The notes below the pieces were generated by a model that searched no databases, was not told the DNA's origin, and saw nothing but the letters and a program-made list of their open reading frames with translations. The position numbers were made by a program, and so were the translations under genes. Positions 1 through 8,827 of a DNA stretch of 64,000 bases are shown here, in pieces (the first letter of the stretch is position 1; each line of letters starts with the position of its first letter). The stretch spans positions 3,165-67,164 of IMG/VR virus record IMGVR_UViG_3300036798_000249, one strand, 5' to 3'. The stretch is from a virus. Lineage: Duplodnaviria; Caudoviricetes.

Positions 1-1136
1 GCTTCGATCCGATCCTTCTGTGCCGAGCGCAGCAGCGCCGCGGTGTCCAGCTCGCAATACTCGTCGGGCTCGCCCTTGAGATCGAACAGGACGCCGAAGG
101 CCTCTTCGATGTGATTCAGAGCAAAGCCGAGCCCGGTCGAAATCCAGAACTGCATCAGCGCTTCGGTCGAGCCCATGCCGCCCTGCGTGGGAAGGCCGAG
201 AATTTGCATCGGGATGCGGAACGCGAGCGCAATATGCTCCTCGGAAATTTTCAGGACCTCGGCGATCTGCGCGTCCTTGCCGCTGATCGACCACGGCTGA
301 ACCTTCAGCCCGTCGGTCAGGATCGGCACGCCGCCGGCCGCGCCGCCCTTGGTGTGCTCGTAGAAGCGATCGCGCAGAGCCTCGACCTGCTCCTTGCTCA
401 ATCGCAGATCGGTCTGCAGGACCGCGCTCGGCCGCGCCTGATTGAGATAGAACGCCTGTTGTTGCTGGCTGATCGCCTCGCTGACGCCGACGTCGTCGAG
501 CGCCGCCAGCAACGGCGTCTGGCCCCACAACGGAAACGGAAAGCGCCGGCTGCGATCAGCGTGCAGCCGAATATGCAGAACGTCGCGGCGCGGGATGACG
601 AATGGAACCAGATCGGGACGCCGCCGCTCGATGATCTGATTGCCGTGCAGCCGATAGAAAATCTCGCCGTTGGGGGCCAGCTGCGGCCGCGACAGATAAC
701 TGTCCATCAGATGGAGTTCATTGATCTCGTAGCGGCTGTTGCGCAGCGCGAGCGCGTAGGCGTTTCCTTCAAGATACAATTGCCGCGTCGCGTTGAGAAA
801 GAAGTCGGAGGGCGATTGATAGTCGTTCGGGTGCTGCAGAATGCGCGACAGCGCAGAAGTATCTACGCGATCGCGCCCGCCTTTGTCATTGAGCCGCCAG
901 TGGCTCCCGGGACACATGGCGATTGTTTGACTGTACGCCGAAATGCAGGCCTCGACGACAGCCGAGCTAGTCGACCACGGCTGGACGTTCTGACCGAGTT
1001 GCCACCAGTTCGTTGGGCTGCCGGGCGGCAGCCAGCCGCCGGACAGCGGCAGATAGTACGGCCCCGGTCGAACGGCGCCCTCGACCGCGCGCGCAACGGT
1101 GCGCAACGCGCCGGCAACGAGAGCGAGAGCGCCCAT
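1..1136 (-). CDS. Phage portal protein, HK97 type (3' end runs off the window; absent from the ORF track)
   Basis: Manual translation from ATG 1136: MGALALVAGALRTV...VVEACISAYSQTIAMCP...RILQHPNDYQSPSDFFLNATRQLYLEGNAYA..., still open at base 1 (...NHIEEAF...LDTAALLRSAQKDRIE). Confidence 0.85.
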   Translation of the reverse strand, partial: MGALALVAGALRTVARAVEGAVRPGPYYLPLSGGWLPPGSPTNWWQLGQNVQPWSTSSAVVEACISAYSQTIAMCPGSHWRLNDKGGRDRVDTSALSRILQHPNDYQSPSDFFLNATRQLYLEGNAYALALRNSRYEINELHLMDSYLSRPQLAPNGEIFYRLHGNQIIERRRPDLVPFVIPRRDVLHIRLHADRSRRFPFPLWGQTPLLAALDDVGVSEAISQQQQAFYLNQARPSAVLQTDLRLSKEQVEALRDRFYEHTKGGAAGGVPILTDGLKVQPWSISGKDAQIAEVLKISEEHIALAFRIPMQILGLPTQGGMGSTEALMQFWISTGLGFALNHIEEAFGVLFDLKGEPDEYCELDTAALLRSAQKDRIE

Positions 1137-1146
1137 TCACTTCGAC

Positions 1147-1455
1147 TCAACTCGACTGGGTTGACGACGGCGAATGTCGGGCCGGCGTTGCCGGCGTTGC
1201 CTGCCGTGTTTGGTACCCGGCGCCGCTAGCTGGCTTCTTGGGCTCCATTTGTTTGGTCGACGCCGCATGCGGATCGGGCTCGGAGCCGTCGGCTTCGTGT
1301 TCGTGGAAATGCCCGCCCAGCGCCGCGAGGTCGTTCTCTTCCTGCGTCGGCGTCGGCTTGCCCTTCGTCCGATCAACAAAATCCTGCCTGGATTTTTCGG
1401 TCGCCTTGCGGTCTTCGGCGAGTTGCTGCTTCGCAGCTTCGTTGTCGTCTGCCAT
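1147..1455 (-). CDS. Hypothetical protein (102 aa) between capsid and portal
   Basis: Fills the gap between capsid stop and portal start; GGAG upstream. Confidence 0.55.
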   Translation of the reverse strand: MADDNEAAKQQLAEDRKATEKSRQDFVDRTKGKPTPTQEENDLAALGGHFHEHEADGSEPDPHAASTKQMEPKKPASGAGYQTRQATPATPARHSPSSTQSS

Positions 1456-1523
1456 GTGTTGCTCCTGCGGTTGGGGTTGCGGTACGCTTGATGAGGCGGT
1501 CGTGCCGCCTCACCAATCAATCA

Positions 1524-3887
1524 TCAGCTCCAGGTCACGCCTTGCGTATAGGCGATCGTTCCGGCGCGTCTTTGAATCCAATTGAGAGGCATGACCATTC
1601 TTAGGGCGATGCTGTCCGTTTGGAATAGCGAACGCTGCGGAGAAGCAACAACACCTGGCGATCCTGGACCAACCAAATCAAGTGGCGCCGTATCTTCCAT
1701 ATGTAAGGTGGCCTGGTCTGAGAGCTCCAGACGTGGTGCTTCGCCACCAACAACAACAAAGTCGGCGGCGTCGACCAGGATCATTTCCTTCGACGTGACG
1801 GTCGCAGACTTGAGGATCGGAATGTTGTTGAGCGTTCCGCCCTTGATCTCGTCGCGGAAGGGGAAGATGCCGGTATTCGGCGCGCTCGCCAACGATGCGG
1901 CGAGAACGTCGCCCGGGTTCATCAACCAAACCGGCACGCGAATATTGCCGTAGGTGCCGGCCACCAGCGCTTGGATCAGAGACTTGATGTCACCAATCAA
2001 CGCCGGGAGTCCGCCACCGGCGGTCGGAGGCGTCACGGTGATGCCGTTCAACAATCCAGGCGGCCGGATGACGCTCGCCGGGTTGGCGTCGATCAGGACG
2101 GTGTCGATCGCTATCGACGTATCCATCTGCACGGCGTCGCGGATCAGTCCCTCGATCGCAGGAATCGAGTGGTCATTCATCTCCTTGGTCCAAACGCTGA
2201 TCACGGCTACCTTCTTGGGCGTCAGCGTCTGCGACGTAAACGCGCCCTGTCTCACAGGGATGGCCATTCCCTCACCAACAAACGAGCCCGCGATGGTTGG
2301 TGTCCGCGAGCGCGTCGGAATGATGATGCGACCCGCATTGCCGAAGTTGAGAGCGATACCGCGACTGGCCAGCCCGGGCAGAATGGCCGAGGGAAGTAAG
2401 AGCTGCATGAAGTCGGTATAAATCTGCTGAACCAGCTCTGCAGCCCAGCCCACCACAGTCGTCATGGCGGGCGCAGAGGCGGCGCGCAGGATGATCTCGC
2501 ACATTCCCTGCGTCACCTCGTCGTCGCCGTAGATTTTCCGTCGCAGCTCGTCCGCCGGCCGATTGTTTGTCTTGGCGAAATAACCGACCGTCGCGGCACG
2601 CACGACGTAGTCCAACGGATCAAGCTCCTTCTTCTTGGCGGTGCTGCGCGCCGGAGTGAACGACGTGCCGTCGCGAAGATCGGCGGCCGGGACCAGCGCG
2701 CGGCCGTTGCCGTTGTTGGCGCCGCCGCCGTTGTCGACGGTTTTGCCGAGCGACTTCTCCGAGTCGATCAACATAGCGCGCTGCCGGTCGAGCTGCCTGA
2801 TGGTCGCGTTGAGGTCGCTGCTCGTCTGGACGTCGGCGTCGGAGACGTTGGAGTCGTTGAGATGGTCGAGATGGGCCTGCAGGGCGTCGCGTCGTTCGAC
2901 GAGCTGCGCCTCCAGTTCAGTGATGCGTTGAGCAAGCGTCATGGCGCTGCCCCCTTTTGTCCGAGATGTTGCGGCGTGCTTGCCATTGAACCCGCGGCGC
3001 CCGGTCGCGCCTCTTTTGCCATGCTTGGCGAAGGCGAGATCGAGCATCTGCGGGGAGAGATTCAGCGATTTGGCGATCGCCAAAGCGTTGGGATTAGCCG
3101 GGACCGAGACCAATGATGTCTCGATCAGCTCCTGCTTGATGAAGCGATAGCCGGCCCATGGGTCTTTGCGGTCCATCGGCTCGCTTTCGAGATCGCGGAA
3201 GCCGACGCTGACGGCGCGCAGAATGCCGGCGTCGATCAGCTTGCGGATTTCATCGATGCGATCGGAGGTGCCTTTGGGCGCCAGCTGCAGCGTGCCGCGC
3301 AGCGACTTGTTTTCGACGCGTAGATTGGACCATTTTCCTATAGGAAATCCTGGATTGTGGTTGAACAGGGCAATGGGGTTCTTGGCGAACGCCTCGGTCT
3401 GCCAGCCGTCGGACGCGATCGTGTCGCCCATCCTGTCGACGCTCTCGTCCGACATGACGAAGTCCATGCCCTGGACGTCTTCGGCATGCGTCTTGCGCCG
3501 CAGCTTGCCCGCGCTGCGCGAGTCCCAGGCCATCTGGCAGAGATTCTCGGCGGTGTCATCGTCGACGTCGTTGTCGCTCAGCTCGTCGGTGCACCGATCC
3601 ATGAAATCATCTTGGCTCTCGTCATCATCGGGCTCGGGCACGTCGACGTCGTCATCGTCATCGCCATCACCATTGTCGCGACGCAGCCTGCCGCCTTTGC
3701 CTTTGGCTGGCGCCGGGTGCGCGTCGTTCCACATTTGCTGACATGCTTGCTCGGCCTGGTCACGCGGGCGCGCGCCGCCGCCGCTTTCGCCCATCGCGGC
3801 CGGCACGCAGCGGTCCATCCAATCCGATTGCGATTCGTCCTTGCCGGGACTGATAGGTCCGGTCGCCCTGGCCGATATGCGTGCCAT
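1524..3887 (-). CDS. Prohead protease-major capsid protein fusion (HK97 fold)
   Basis: Protease motifs NPIALFNHN, LRAVSVGF, ELIETSLVSVPANPNA; coiled-coil linker; capsid domain ending RSLFQTDSIALRMVMPLNW. Confidence 0.9.
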   Translation of the reverse strand: MARISARATGPISPGKDESQSDWMDRCVPAAMGESGGGARPRDQAEQACQQMWNDAHPAPAKGKGGRLRRDNGDGDDDDDVDVPEPDDDESQDDFMDRCTDELSDNDVDDDTAENLCQMAWDSRSAGKLRRKTHAEDVQGMDFVMSDESVDRMGDTIASDGWQTEAFAKNPIALFNHNPGFPIGKWSNLRVENKSLRGTLQLAPKGTSDRIDEIRKLIDAGILRAVSVGFRDLESEPMDRKDPWAGYRFIKQELIETSLVSVPANPNALAIAKSLNLSPQMLDLAFAKHGKRGATGRRGFNGKHAATSRTKGGSAMTLAQRITELEAQLVERRDALQAHLDHLNDSNVSDADVQTSSDLNATIRQLDRQRAMLIDSEKSLGKTVDNGGGANNGNGRALVPAADLRDGTSFTPARSTAKKKELDPLDYVVRAATVGYFAKTNNRPADELRRKIYGDDEVTQGMCEIILRAASAPAMTTVVGWAAELVQQIYTDFMQLLLPSAILPGLASRGIALNFGNAGRIIIPTRSRTPTIAGSFVGEGMAIPVRQGAFTSQTLTPKKVAVISVWTKEMNDHSIPAIEGLIRDAVQMDTSIAIDTVLIDANPASVIRPPGLLNGITVTPPTAGGGLPALIGDIKSLIQALVAGTYGNIRVPVWLMNPGDVLAASLASAPNTGIFPFRDEIKGGTLNNIPILKSATVTSKEMILVDAADFVVVGGEAPRLELSDQATLHMEDTAPLDLVGPGSPGVVASPQRSLFQTDSIALRMVMPLNWIQRRAGTIAYTQGVTWS

Positions 3888-3917
3888 GGGAAAGCCTCCG
3901 ACTTGTTGCTTGGATTG

Positions 3918-5156
3918 CTACGCCAGCTGCGCGAGCGCGCTGTCCCAATGCTCGGGCATGGTCTGCCGGTGCAGTCTGACATTTTGGTACCAGGGCGCGA
4001 GCCAGCGCCAGCTCGCCCAGTGGCTCAGCAGACCGTCGACGCGCGGATGACCGATGGCGCCGGCCAGGTGCAACGCCGCCGTGTCGACCGTGACGATCCG
4101 GTCCATCGCCAGCATTAGCGCGGCGCAATCGGCGAAGTCGCCGATCTCATGAACGTGGACGCCGTGCGCGATCGCCTCGATGCCGCCCTGCTTTTGCACG
4201 CTATGCAAATTATGCAAATTTGCATCGCCGAGCGCCGCAACCAGGCGACCGAGCGGAATGCTGCGCGGGTAGTCGCCGGGGCGTTGCATGCTGCTCGACC
4301 AGGCGAGGCCGATATGCGGGCCCGGACCAAGCTTGGCGCGCCAGGCCTCGATCGCTTCCGGCTCGACGCGCAGATAGGCTTCCGCGGCGTTGACGCTTCC
4401 CGGCGCGCCCGCCAGCATCTCCACCAGATACAGCATCGGGCAGACGAAATCCGCATCCTGCAACTGGTCGGTGACGGGCGCGATCGGCGCGGCGAGGCGG
4501 TGGAGCTCGGGCGGCAACTTCAGCGTGACGTCGGCGCCGATCGCCCTAAGCAGCGGGACATAACGCAGCGTCATGATCGTGTCGCCGAAGCCGTGCGCTT
4601 GCAGCAGCAACAATCGCTTGCCGGCCAGCTCCTCGCGGTCCCAAAGCTTCAGGCCGGCGGCCAGCGCTTCAGTCACGGCCGGGCGCGTGAGCGGCGGGCT
4701 TTGCTCGCAGGCGGTGAATTCCGCGAAACCTTCCTGCCACCGGCCAAGCGCCAGCAGGATCAGCGCGCGATTGAAGCGAGCAAACAACGTCGGCGCCAGC
4801 GCCAGCGCGGCCTCATATTCGGCCAACGCCGCCTCGTTGAGGTTCCGTTGCGCAAAATCCCGCGCGCAATCGAAATGCGTCAGATACTCGTCGATGCACT
4901 GCTCGGAGCGGTTGACCGCGACGAAGACGGAATGATCGAGATCGCCGAGCTTGACGATCGGCCGCCGGCTGACCGCCTTGCCGCCCTGCATCTGCAGGAC
5001 ATCGCCGTCGGGCAGCGCGGCCTTGTGGCCATCGCGGCCGCGCACGTCGAGCACCTCGCCCTTCGCCGTCAGGCCGCGCCAGCCGTGCTCGGTCTCCTCC
5101 AGCGCGATGATCGCGTCGTCGGCCGGCAGATCATCAACGAAGGTTGCTGGCTTCAT
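3918..5156 (-). CDS. TPR-containing glycosyltransferase (GT9/heptosyltransferase-like)
   Basis: TPR-like ARFNRALILLALGRWQEGF; HGFGDTIMTLRYVPLL, HIGLAW, DFADCAALMLAMDRIVTVDTAALHLAGAIG, SWRW; ATG 5156 overlaps the upstream stop (ATGA). Confidence 0.85.
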   Translation of the reverse strand: MKPATFVDDLPADDAIIALEETEHGWRGLTAKGEVLDVRGRDGHKAALPDGDVLQMQGGKAVSRRPIVKLGDLDHSVFVAVNRSEQCIDEYLTHFDCARDFAQRNLNEAALAEYEAALALAPTLFARFNRALILLALGRWQEGFAEFTACEQSPPLTRPAVTEALAAGLKLWDREELAGKRLLLLQAHGFGDTIMTLRYVPLLRAIGADVTLKLPPELHRLAAPIAPVTDQLQDADFVCPMLYLVEMLAGAPGSVNAAEAYLRVEPEAIEAWRAKLGPGPHIGLAWSSSMQRPGDYPRSIPLGRLVAALGDANLHNLHSVQKQGGIEAIAHGVHVHEIGDFADCAALMLAMDRIVTVDTAALHLAGAIGHPRVDGLLSHWASWRWLAPWYQNVRLHRQTMPEHWDSALAQLA

Positions 5157-6244
5157 TTCCAGGTTGGCGTCAGCCAGGCGACGGCACGCGGGTCGCGCAA
5201 CGCCCAAGAGACCGGCCAGCGCAGCTTGATCGCCACGCTATCGGTCTGAAATAGGCTGCGCGCAGGCGCGGCCGGCGCCCCGCCGTTGACGATCGCCGAC
5301 GGCGCGCTGTCCATGTGCAATTCGCCCGCGGTCGCGGTCTCGACCTCCGGGGCCGGATCGATCGCCGCGACCAGCGCCATCGGGGCGACGCAGATGAGAT
5401 CATTGCCGACGGCCGTGCTCGCGAGCACCGTGACGTTGCCGGGCTGCAGGACGAACCGCATGATCATTCCAGCGATTCGGCCCGGCGAGCCGATCAGGAC
5501 AAACGGCCCATTGCCGGCGATCGGCGCCACCGCATTGATGAGCGTGGCGCAATCCTCGAGGAAAGCCTCGAAGGCGTCGGTCGCCGCGCTCGGCGTCGTC
5601 GCCGAGACGCCATTGCGCAGGCCGGCCGGCGCGGCGGCAGTGGCCGCATTGCTGCCGAACAGCGCGACATCCAATGCCGCCGCCGTCGACCGCATCAGCA
5701 CGTCGCTGACCAGGGCTTCGGCATTCGAGGACGCGATCATTTCCCGGGTTAGGACGCCGATCGAGGCCAGTTTGTACGGCTGCAGAAGCGTCGCCGTCGC
5801 CGCGAACTGGCGCACCGGAATCGGCGCGCCCTCGGCGACGAAGCCCGCGTTGCCGGCGCCGGCGACGAAGCCAGGCGCGCTGATCTGACCGTTGCCGTCG
5901 AACATCAGGACCAACGACTGCAGCAGCAGCTGCGCGCCAGCGGCGGCCGGGCCCATCCCTGCAAGCGAATCGTCGACGAGCTTGTGCGCCAGCTCTTCCG
6001 CCCAGCCGACCACGGTCGTCATCGCGGGCGCGGAGGGGGCCTTCAGCAGCAGCAGCTGGGCGAGCGCCTTGTCGCTTGGCCATTGACGTTCGACGACCTC
6101 GGCCAGCGGGCGCCGCGTAGCGCTCGCCACCGTCAGCGCCGCAATGCGGCGCCAGAATAGATTGCCGCTCGACGAGAGCGGCGCCTCGCGGCTCTCGCGC
6201 AGCGCGGCCGCGCGGGCGCGCAACGGTTCGACCATCGCGTTCAT
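5153..6244 (-). CDS. Second capsid-fold protein (paralogue of the capsid domain of 1524..3887)
   Basis: SAPAMTTVVGWA shared with the main capsid; ARSLFQTDSVAIKLRWPVSW vs QRSLFQTDSIALRMVMPLNW; ATG 6244 has GGAG upstream. Confidence 0.8.
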   Translation of the reverse strand: MNAMVEPLRARAAALRESREAPLSSSGNLFWRRIAALTVASATRRPLAEVVERQWPSDKALAQLLLLKAPSAPAMTTVVGWAEELAHKLVDDSLAGMGPAAAGAQLLLQSLVLMFDGNGQISAPGFVAGAGNAGFVAEGAPIPVRQFAATATLLQPYKLASIGVLTREMIASSNAEALVSDVLMRSTAAALDVALFGSNAATAAAPAGLRNGVSATTPSAATDAFEAFLEDCATLINAVAPIAGNGPFVLIGSPGRIAGMIMRFVLQPGNVTVLASTAVGNDLICVAPMALVAAIDPAPEVETATAGELHMDSAPSAIVNGGAPAAPARSLFQTDSVAIKLRWPVSWALRDPRAVAWLTPTWK

Positions 6245-6255
6245 GGGATCGGCTC

Positions 6256-6612
6256 CTACGGCAACATCGGCGGCTCGATGGCGATGGCGAATTGGCGCGC
6301 CTCTTTCTGCGCGACAGGATTTGCCCGCGTACCCGAGCGCACCTTGAGGAACGCAACGGCTTTGAGAAAATCGCCGTACTGCGCAACAACAAGCGCCGAT
6401 CCGGGCACGACCACGACCATGATGTCGTCGCCGTTCCTGTCCACCAGATCGTTGAACCCGGTGCCGTCCGACGAAATGGCAAACGTCAGATTGGCCGGCG
6501 TCCATTGTGAGGGCATCGTGATGCGGACAATGCTGCCGCTGGTGCAATCGAGTGAATCCGACAGCGATTCGCCTGCCTGGATGTACGGGCCGTTGAGAAT
6601 TTCAAGCGCCAT
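6256..6612 (-). CDS. Hypothetical protein, probably virion-associated (118 aa)
   Basis: GGAGGG RBS; beta-strand-like composition; sits in the head operon. Confidence 0.6.
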   Translation of the reverse strand: MALEILNGPYIQAGESLSDSLDCTSGSIVRITMPSQWTPANLTFAISSDGTGFNDLVDRNGDDIMVVVVPGSALVVAQYGDFLKAVAFLKVRSGTRANPVAQKEARQFAIAIEPPMLP

Positions 6613-6632
6613 GTTTCCCTCCTATTCGGATG

Positions 6633-6668
6633 ATGCCCCGGCCATTTAAGCCGGGGGCATTTTTGTTT
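6633..6668 (+). terminator. Hairpin with T-tract, oriented antisense to the surrounding genes
   Basis: ATGCCCCGGC-cattta a-GCCGGGGGCAT followed by TTTTGTTT on + strand. Confidence 0.4.
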
Positions 6669-6674
6669 GATTAC

Positions 6675-7232
6675 TCACATGGGCTTTTCTTCATCCGGCG
6701 GCGGCTTGTCCGGGTCTGTCGGCGGATGCGGACGCTCTGGCGGACTGCCAGGGTAGAACCAACCAGGCGGAACAAAACCACCAGGCCACCAAACATGCGG
6801 CGGCTGAACTGGACCGCCACTGACATGAGGCGGCTGACCCTGCTCAGGTCGATCCGGCGGCGAGCCAGGATACATCGGCGGATATGGCGGCATTGGTCCA
6901 CCGCCGGGATACGTCGGCGGATAGATCGGTCCACCTCCGACATGGCCAGGGGGTGACGGCCACACTCCAGGCGGATAGTAAATTGGCGGTGTCGGAGCGC
7001 CGGGATAGATGGGTCCGCCGCCGGGATACATCGGCGGATAGATCGGACCACCGCCAGGGTGCCCCGGGTAGATCGGTCCACCGCCAACGTGTCCAGGCGG
7101 CGGCCATACTCCCGGCGGGTAGACTGGACCACCACCAACGCCGGGCGGCGGATAGTAGATCGGCGGCATGACTGCGGGCGGCGGCGCGCCGGGCTGAATC
7201 GGTTCAACGATAACAAGATAGGTTTGAGCCAT
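6675..7232 (-). CDS. Pro/Gly/Tyr-rich low-complexity repeat protein (185 aa)
   Basis: Repeated GGGP(I/V)YP and PPIYYPP..GVWP..PGHV units; AGGAGA RBS. Confidence 0.7.
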   Translation of the reverse strand: MAQTYLVIVEPIQPGAPPPAVMPPIYYPPPGVGGGPVYPPGVWPPPGHVGGGPIYPGHPGGGPIYPPMYPGGGPIYPGAPTPPIYYPPGVWPSPPGHVGGGPIYPPTYPGGGPMPPYPPMYPGSPPDRPEQGQPPHVSGGPVQPPHVWWPGGFVPPGWFYPGSPPERPHPPTDPDKPPPDEEKPM

Positions 7233-7293
7233 GTTTTAATTCTCCTTTATGATGTTGTTTGGCGATTGCAGCTTAGTGGACTTCTGCGACACT

Positions 7294-7452
7294 TTAATGC
7301 ACCACGCGCACGATGCCGCCTATTAGCTCGCTCGCGATCCAGAGCGCCAACGCGAGCCAGCCGAGATGCCATACGCCGATGGTTTGGATTCTGGTGGCGA
7401 TGCACGCGACCACGAACGCGAAGACCAGCAAGATCAGGCCGATGTTCTGCAT
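7294..7452 (-). CDS. 52-aa two-TM membrane protein, holin candidate (not in ORF track)
   Basis: MQNIGLILLVFAFVVACIATRIQTIGVWHLGWLALALWIASELIGGIVRVVH; near endolysin. Confidence 0.55.
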   Translation of the reverse strand: MQNIGLILLVFAFVVACIATRIQTIGVWHLGWLALALWIASELIGGIVRVVH

Positions 7453-7466
7453 GGCTCAGCTCCCCA

Positions 7467-7694
7467 TCATTTGGGTTTGTCTAATTGCTTCAGCTTTTTG
7501 TCCACTTCCGAGCAGCGTTCCTGCACGCCGATGAACTTGCTGTCGGTGGTGAATACGATGCAATGTACCGACGGAGGCATGTGATCGACAGAGCGCGGCG
7601 AACGAATCGACACCACTTCCTCGGGATTGATCTCTATGATCTGGCCGCCAGGGCCGGTGAGCAGGACCAGCGTCAGAGCAATAAGCTGGCTCAT
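7467..7694 (-). CDS. Hypothetical protein with hydrophobic N-terminus (75 aa)
   Basis: MSQLIALTLVLLTG...; tightly packed in the lysis cluster. Confidence 0.55.
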   Translation of the reverse strand: MSQLIALTLVLLTGPGGQIIEINPEEVVSIRSPRSVDHMPPSVHCIVFTTDSKFIGVQERCSEVDKKLKQLDKPK

Positions 7695-7695
7695 C

Positions 7696-7785
7696 CTAAT
7701 CGTTCATCCCATTCGAGATAACAACGAACAACAACAACAAGACGACAAAGCCGACGGCGACCCAAAGCCAGCCCGTGTCCCTCAT
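7696..7785 (-). CDS. 29-aa single-TM peptide
   Basis: MRDTGWLWVAVGFVVLLLLFVVISNGMND fills the gap after the endolysin. Confidence 0.4.
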   Translation of the reverse strand: MRDTGWLWVAVGFVVLLLLFVVISNGMND

Positions 7786-7807
7786 CACGGAACGAACTAC
7801 CAGTCCA

Positions 7808-8743
7808 TCATGCCGGAAACACCACCTCGATCTCATCGTCGGTCGTGATGCCGAGATCGGCCATCAGCGACGGCGACAGATCGGCGACTCGGTCCGTCGA
7901 ATGGTGCGGGCCCCAATCGGCCGGGAAGCATTTCAGCGTGACGCCGGTCTTCGACGCGGTAACCTGCGCCAGCTTTTTCAACAACATCTCGCGCGATGTC
8001 ACCTCATAATCCCAGCGGCAGGCGATGTAATGCACGAACGGGTTGAGCCGCCGCGCCAGACCGGTAGTGCCTTGCGGCTGGTACGGCAGGAACAGATGCG
8101 GCGCATCGTCAATGCTTTGGATGAACGCGAGCCCTTCATCGGGCGCGACGCCGGTGTCATCTGGGCCGCCGAAATGCGAGCATGACCCGGTAGCCATCAA
8201 TAACGCCTCGCTGTCAACCGGCGGCGATGTTGTCTCCCCTGCCAAGGTGTCGGCGATGCTGCCGCAAATCTCATCGAAGCACGAGCCGTAAATGTCGCAA
8301 TCGGCTTCGCTATCAACAAAGCAGACTTCCAGCAGCACGGCCGGTTGCGAGGTGTTGTTAAGAAAAAATAAATCGGTGCGCTTCTTGGCGCCACGGTCGA
8401 TAAAGCCACACCGAGCAATGGCCGCCGACAATTTGGCCGCCAGCGTCTGCTGCGTCACATACAGCACCTCGCAACCCATCGGGTGCTCGACCTGCTCATA
8501 GGCGTTAAAGTGAACGCTGACATCGAGATCGCGAGTCTTGCTGTTGTGAAAATCGACAATACGGTTGAGGTTCTCGTTCTGACTGGTCGAGACATCGTCG
8601 TGATAGGTGGTCGCCTTGATGCCGTACTGCGCCAGCTCGCTGGCGACATGGTCGACCACCCGTCGCGCCTCGTCGACCTCATCAATGATGCCGCTGGCGC
8701 CGCGTACCTTCAAGCCGTGCCCAGACGAGATGACGATGTTCAT
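7808..8743 (-). CDS. Endolysin: N-acetylmuramoyl-L-alanine amidase (Amidase_3) plus C-terminal RlpA/DPBB-like domain
   Basis: ISSGHG, DE, SVHFNA, AVLLEVCFVDS zinc-amidase motifs; C-terminal PADWGP...RVADLSP..M..LG. Confidence 0.9.
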   Translation of the reverse strand: MNIVISSGHGLKVRGASGIIDEVDEARRVVDHVASELAQYGIKATTYHDDVSTSQNENLNRIVDFHNSKTRDLDVSVHFNAYEQVEHPMGCEVLYVTQQTLAAKLSAAIARCGFIDRGAKKRTDLFFLNNTSQPAVLLEVCFVDSEADCDIYGSCFDEICGSIADTLAGETTSPPVDSEALLMATGSCSHFGGPDDTGVAPDEGLAFIQSIDDAPHLFLPYQPQGTTGLARRLNPFVHYIACRWDYEVTSREMLLKKLAQVTASKTGVTLKCFPADWGPHHSTDRVADLSPSLMADLGITTDDEIEVVFPA

Positions 8744-8827
8744 GGCGTGTCCTTGCAAGGGGCCGGCCGGACGACGCGTCAACCAAATCGTCGCCCGACC
8801 GTTGACGGGAAACGCTCCCGCCGGGTT

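Noticed and set aside
111-1229. 372-aa plus-strand ORF
   Set aside because: Antisense shadow of the portal gene, which has clear family motifs on the minus strand
5153-6547. 464-aa version of the capsid paralogue
   Set aside because: The extension overlaps the 6256..6612 gene out of frame; ATG 6244 has an RBS
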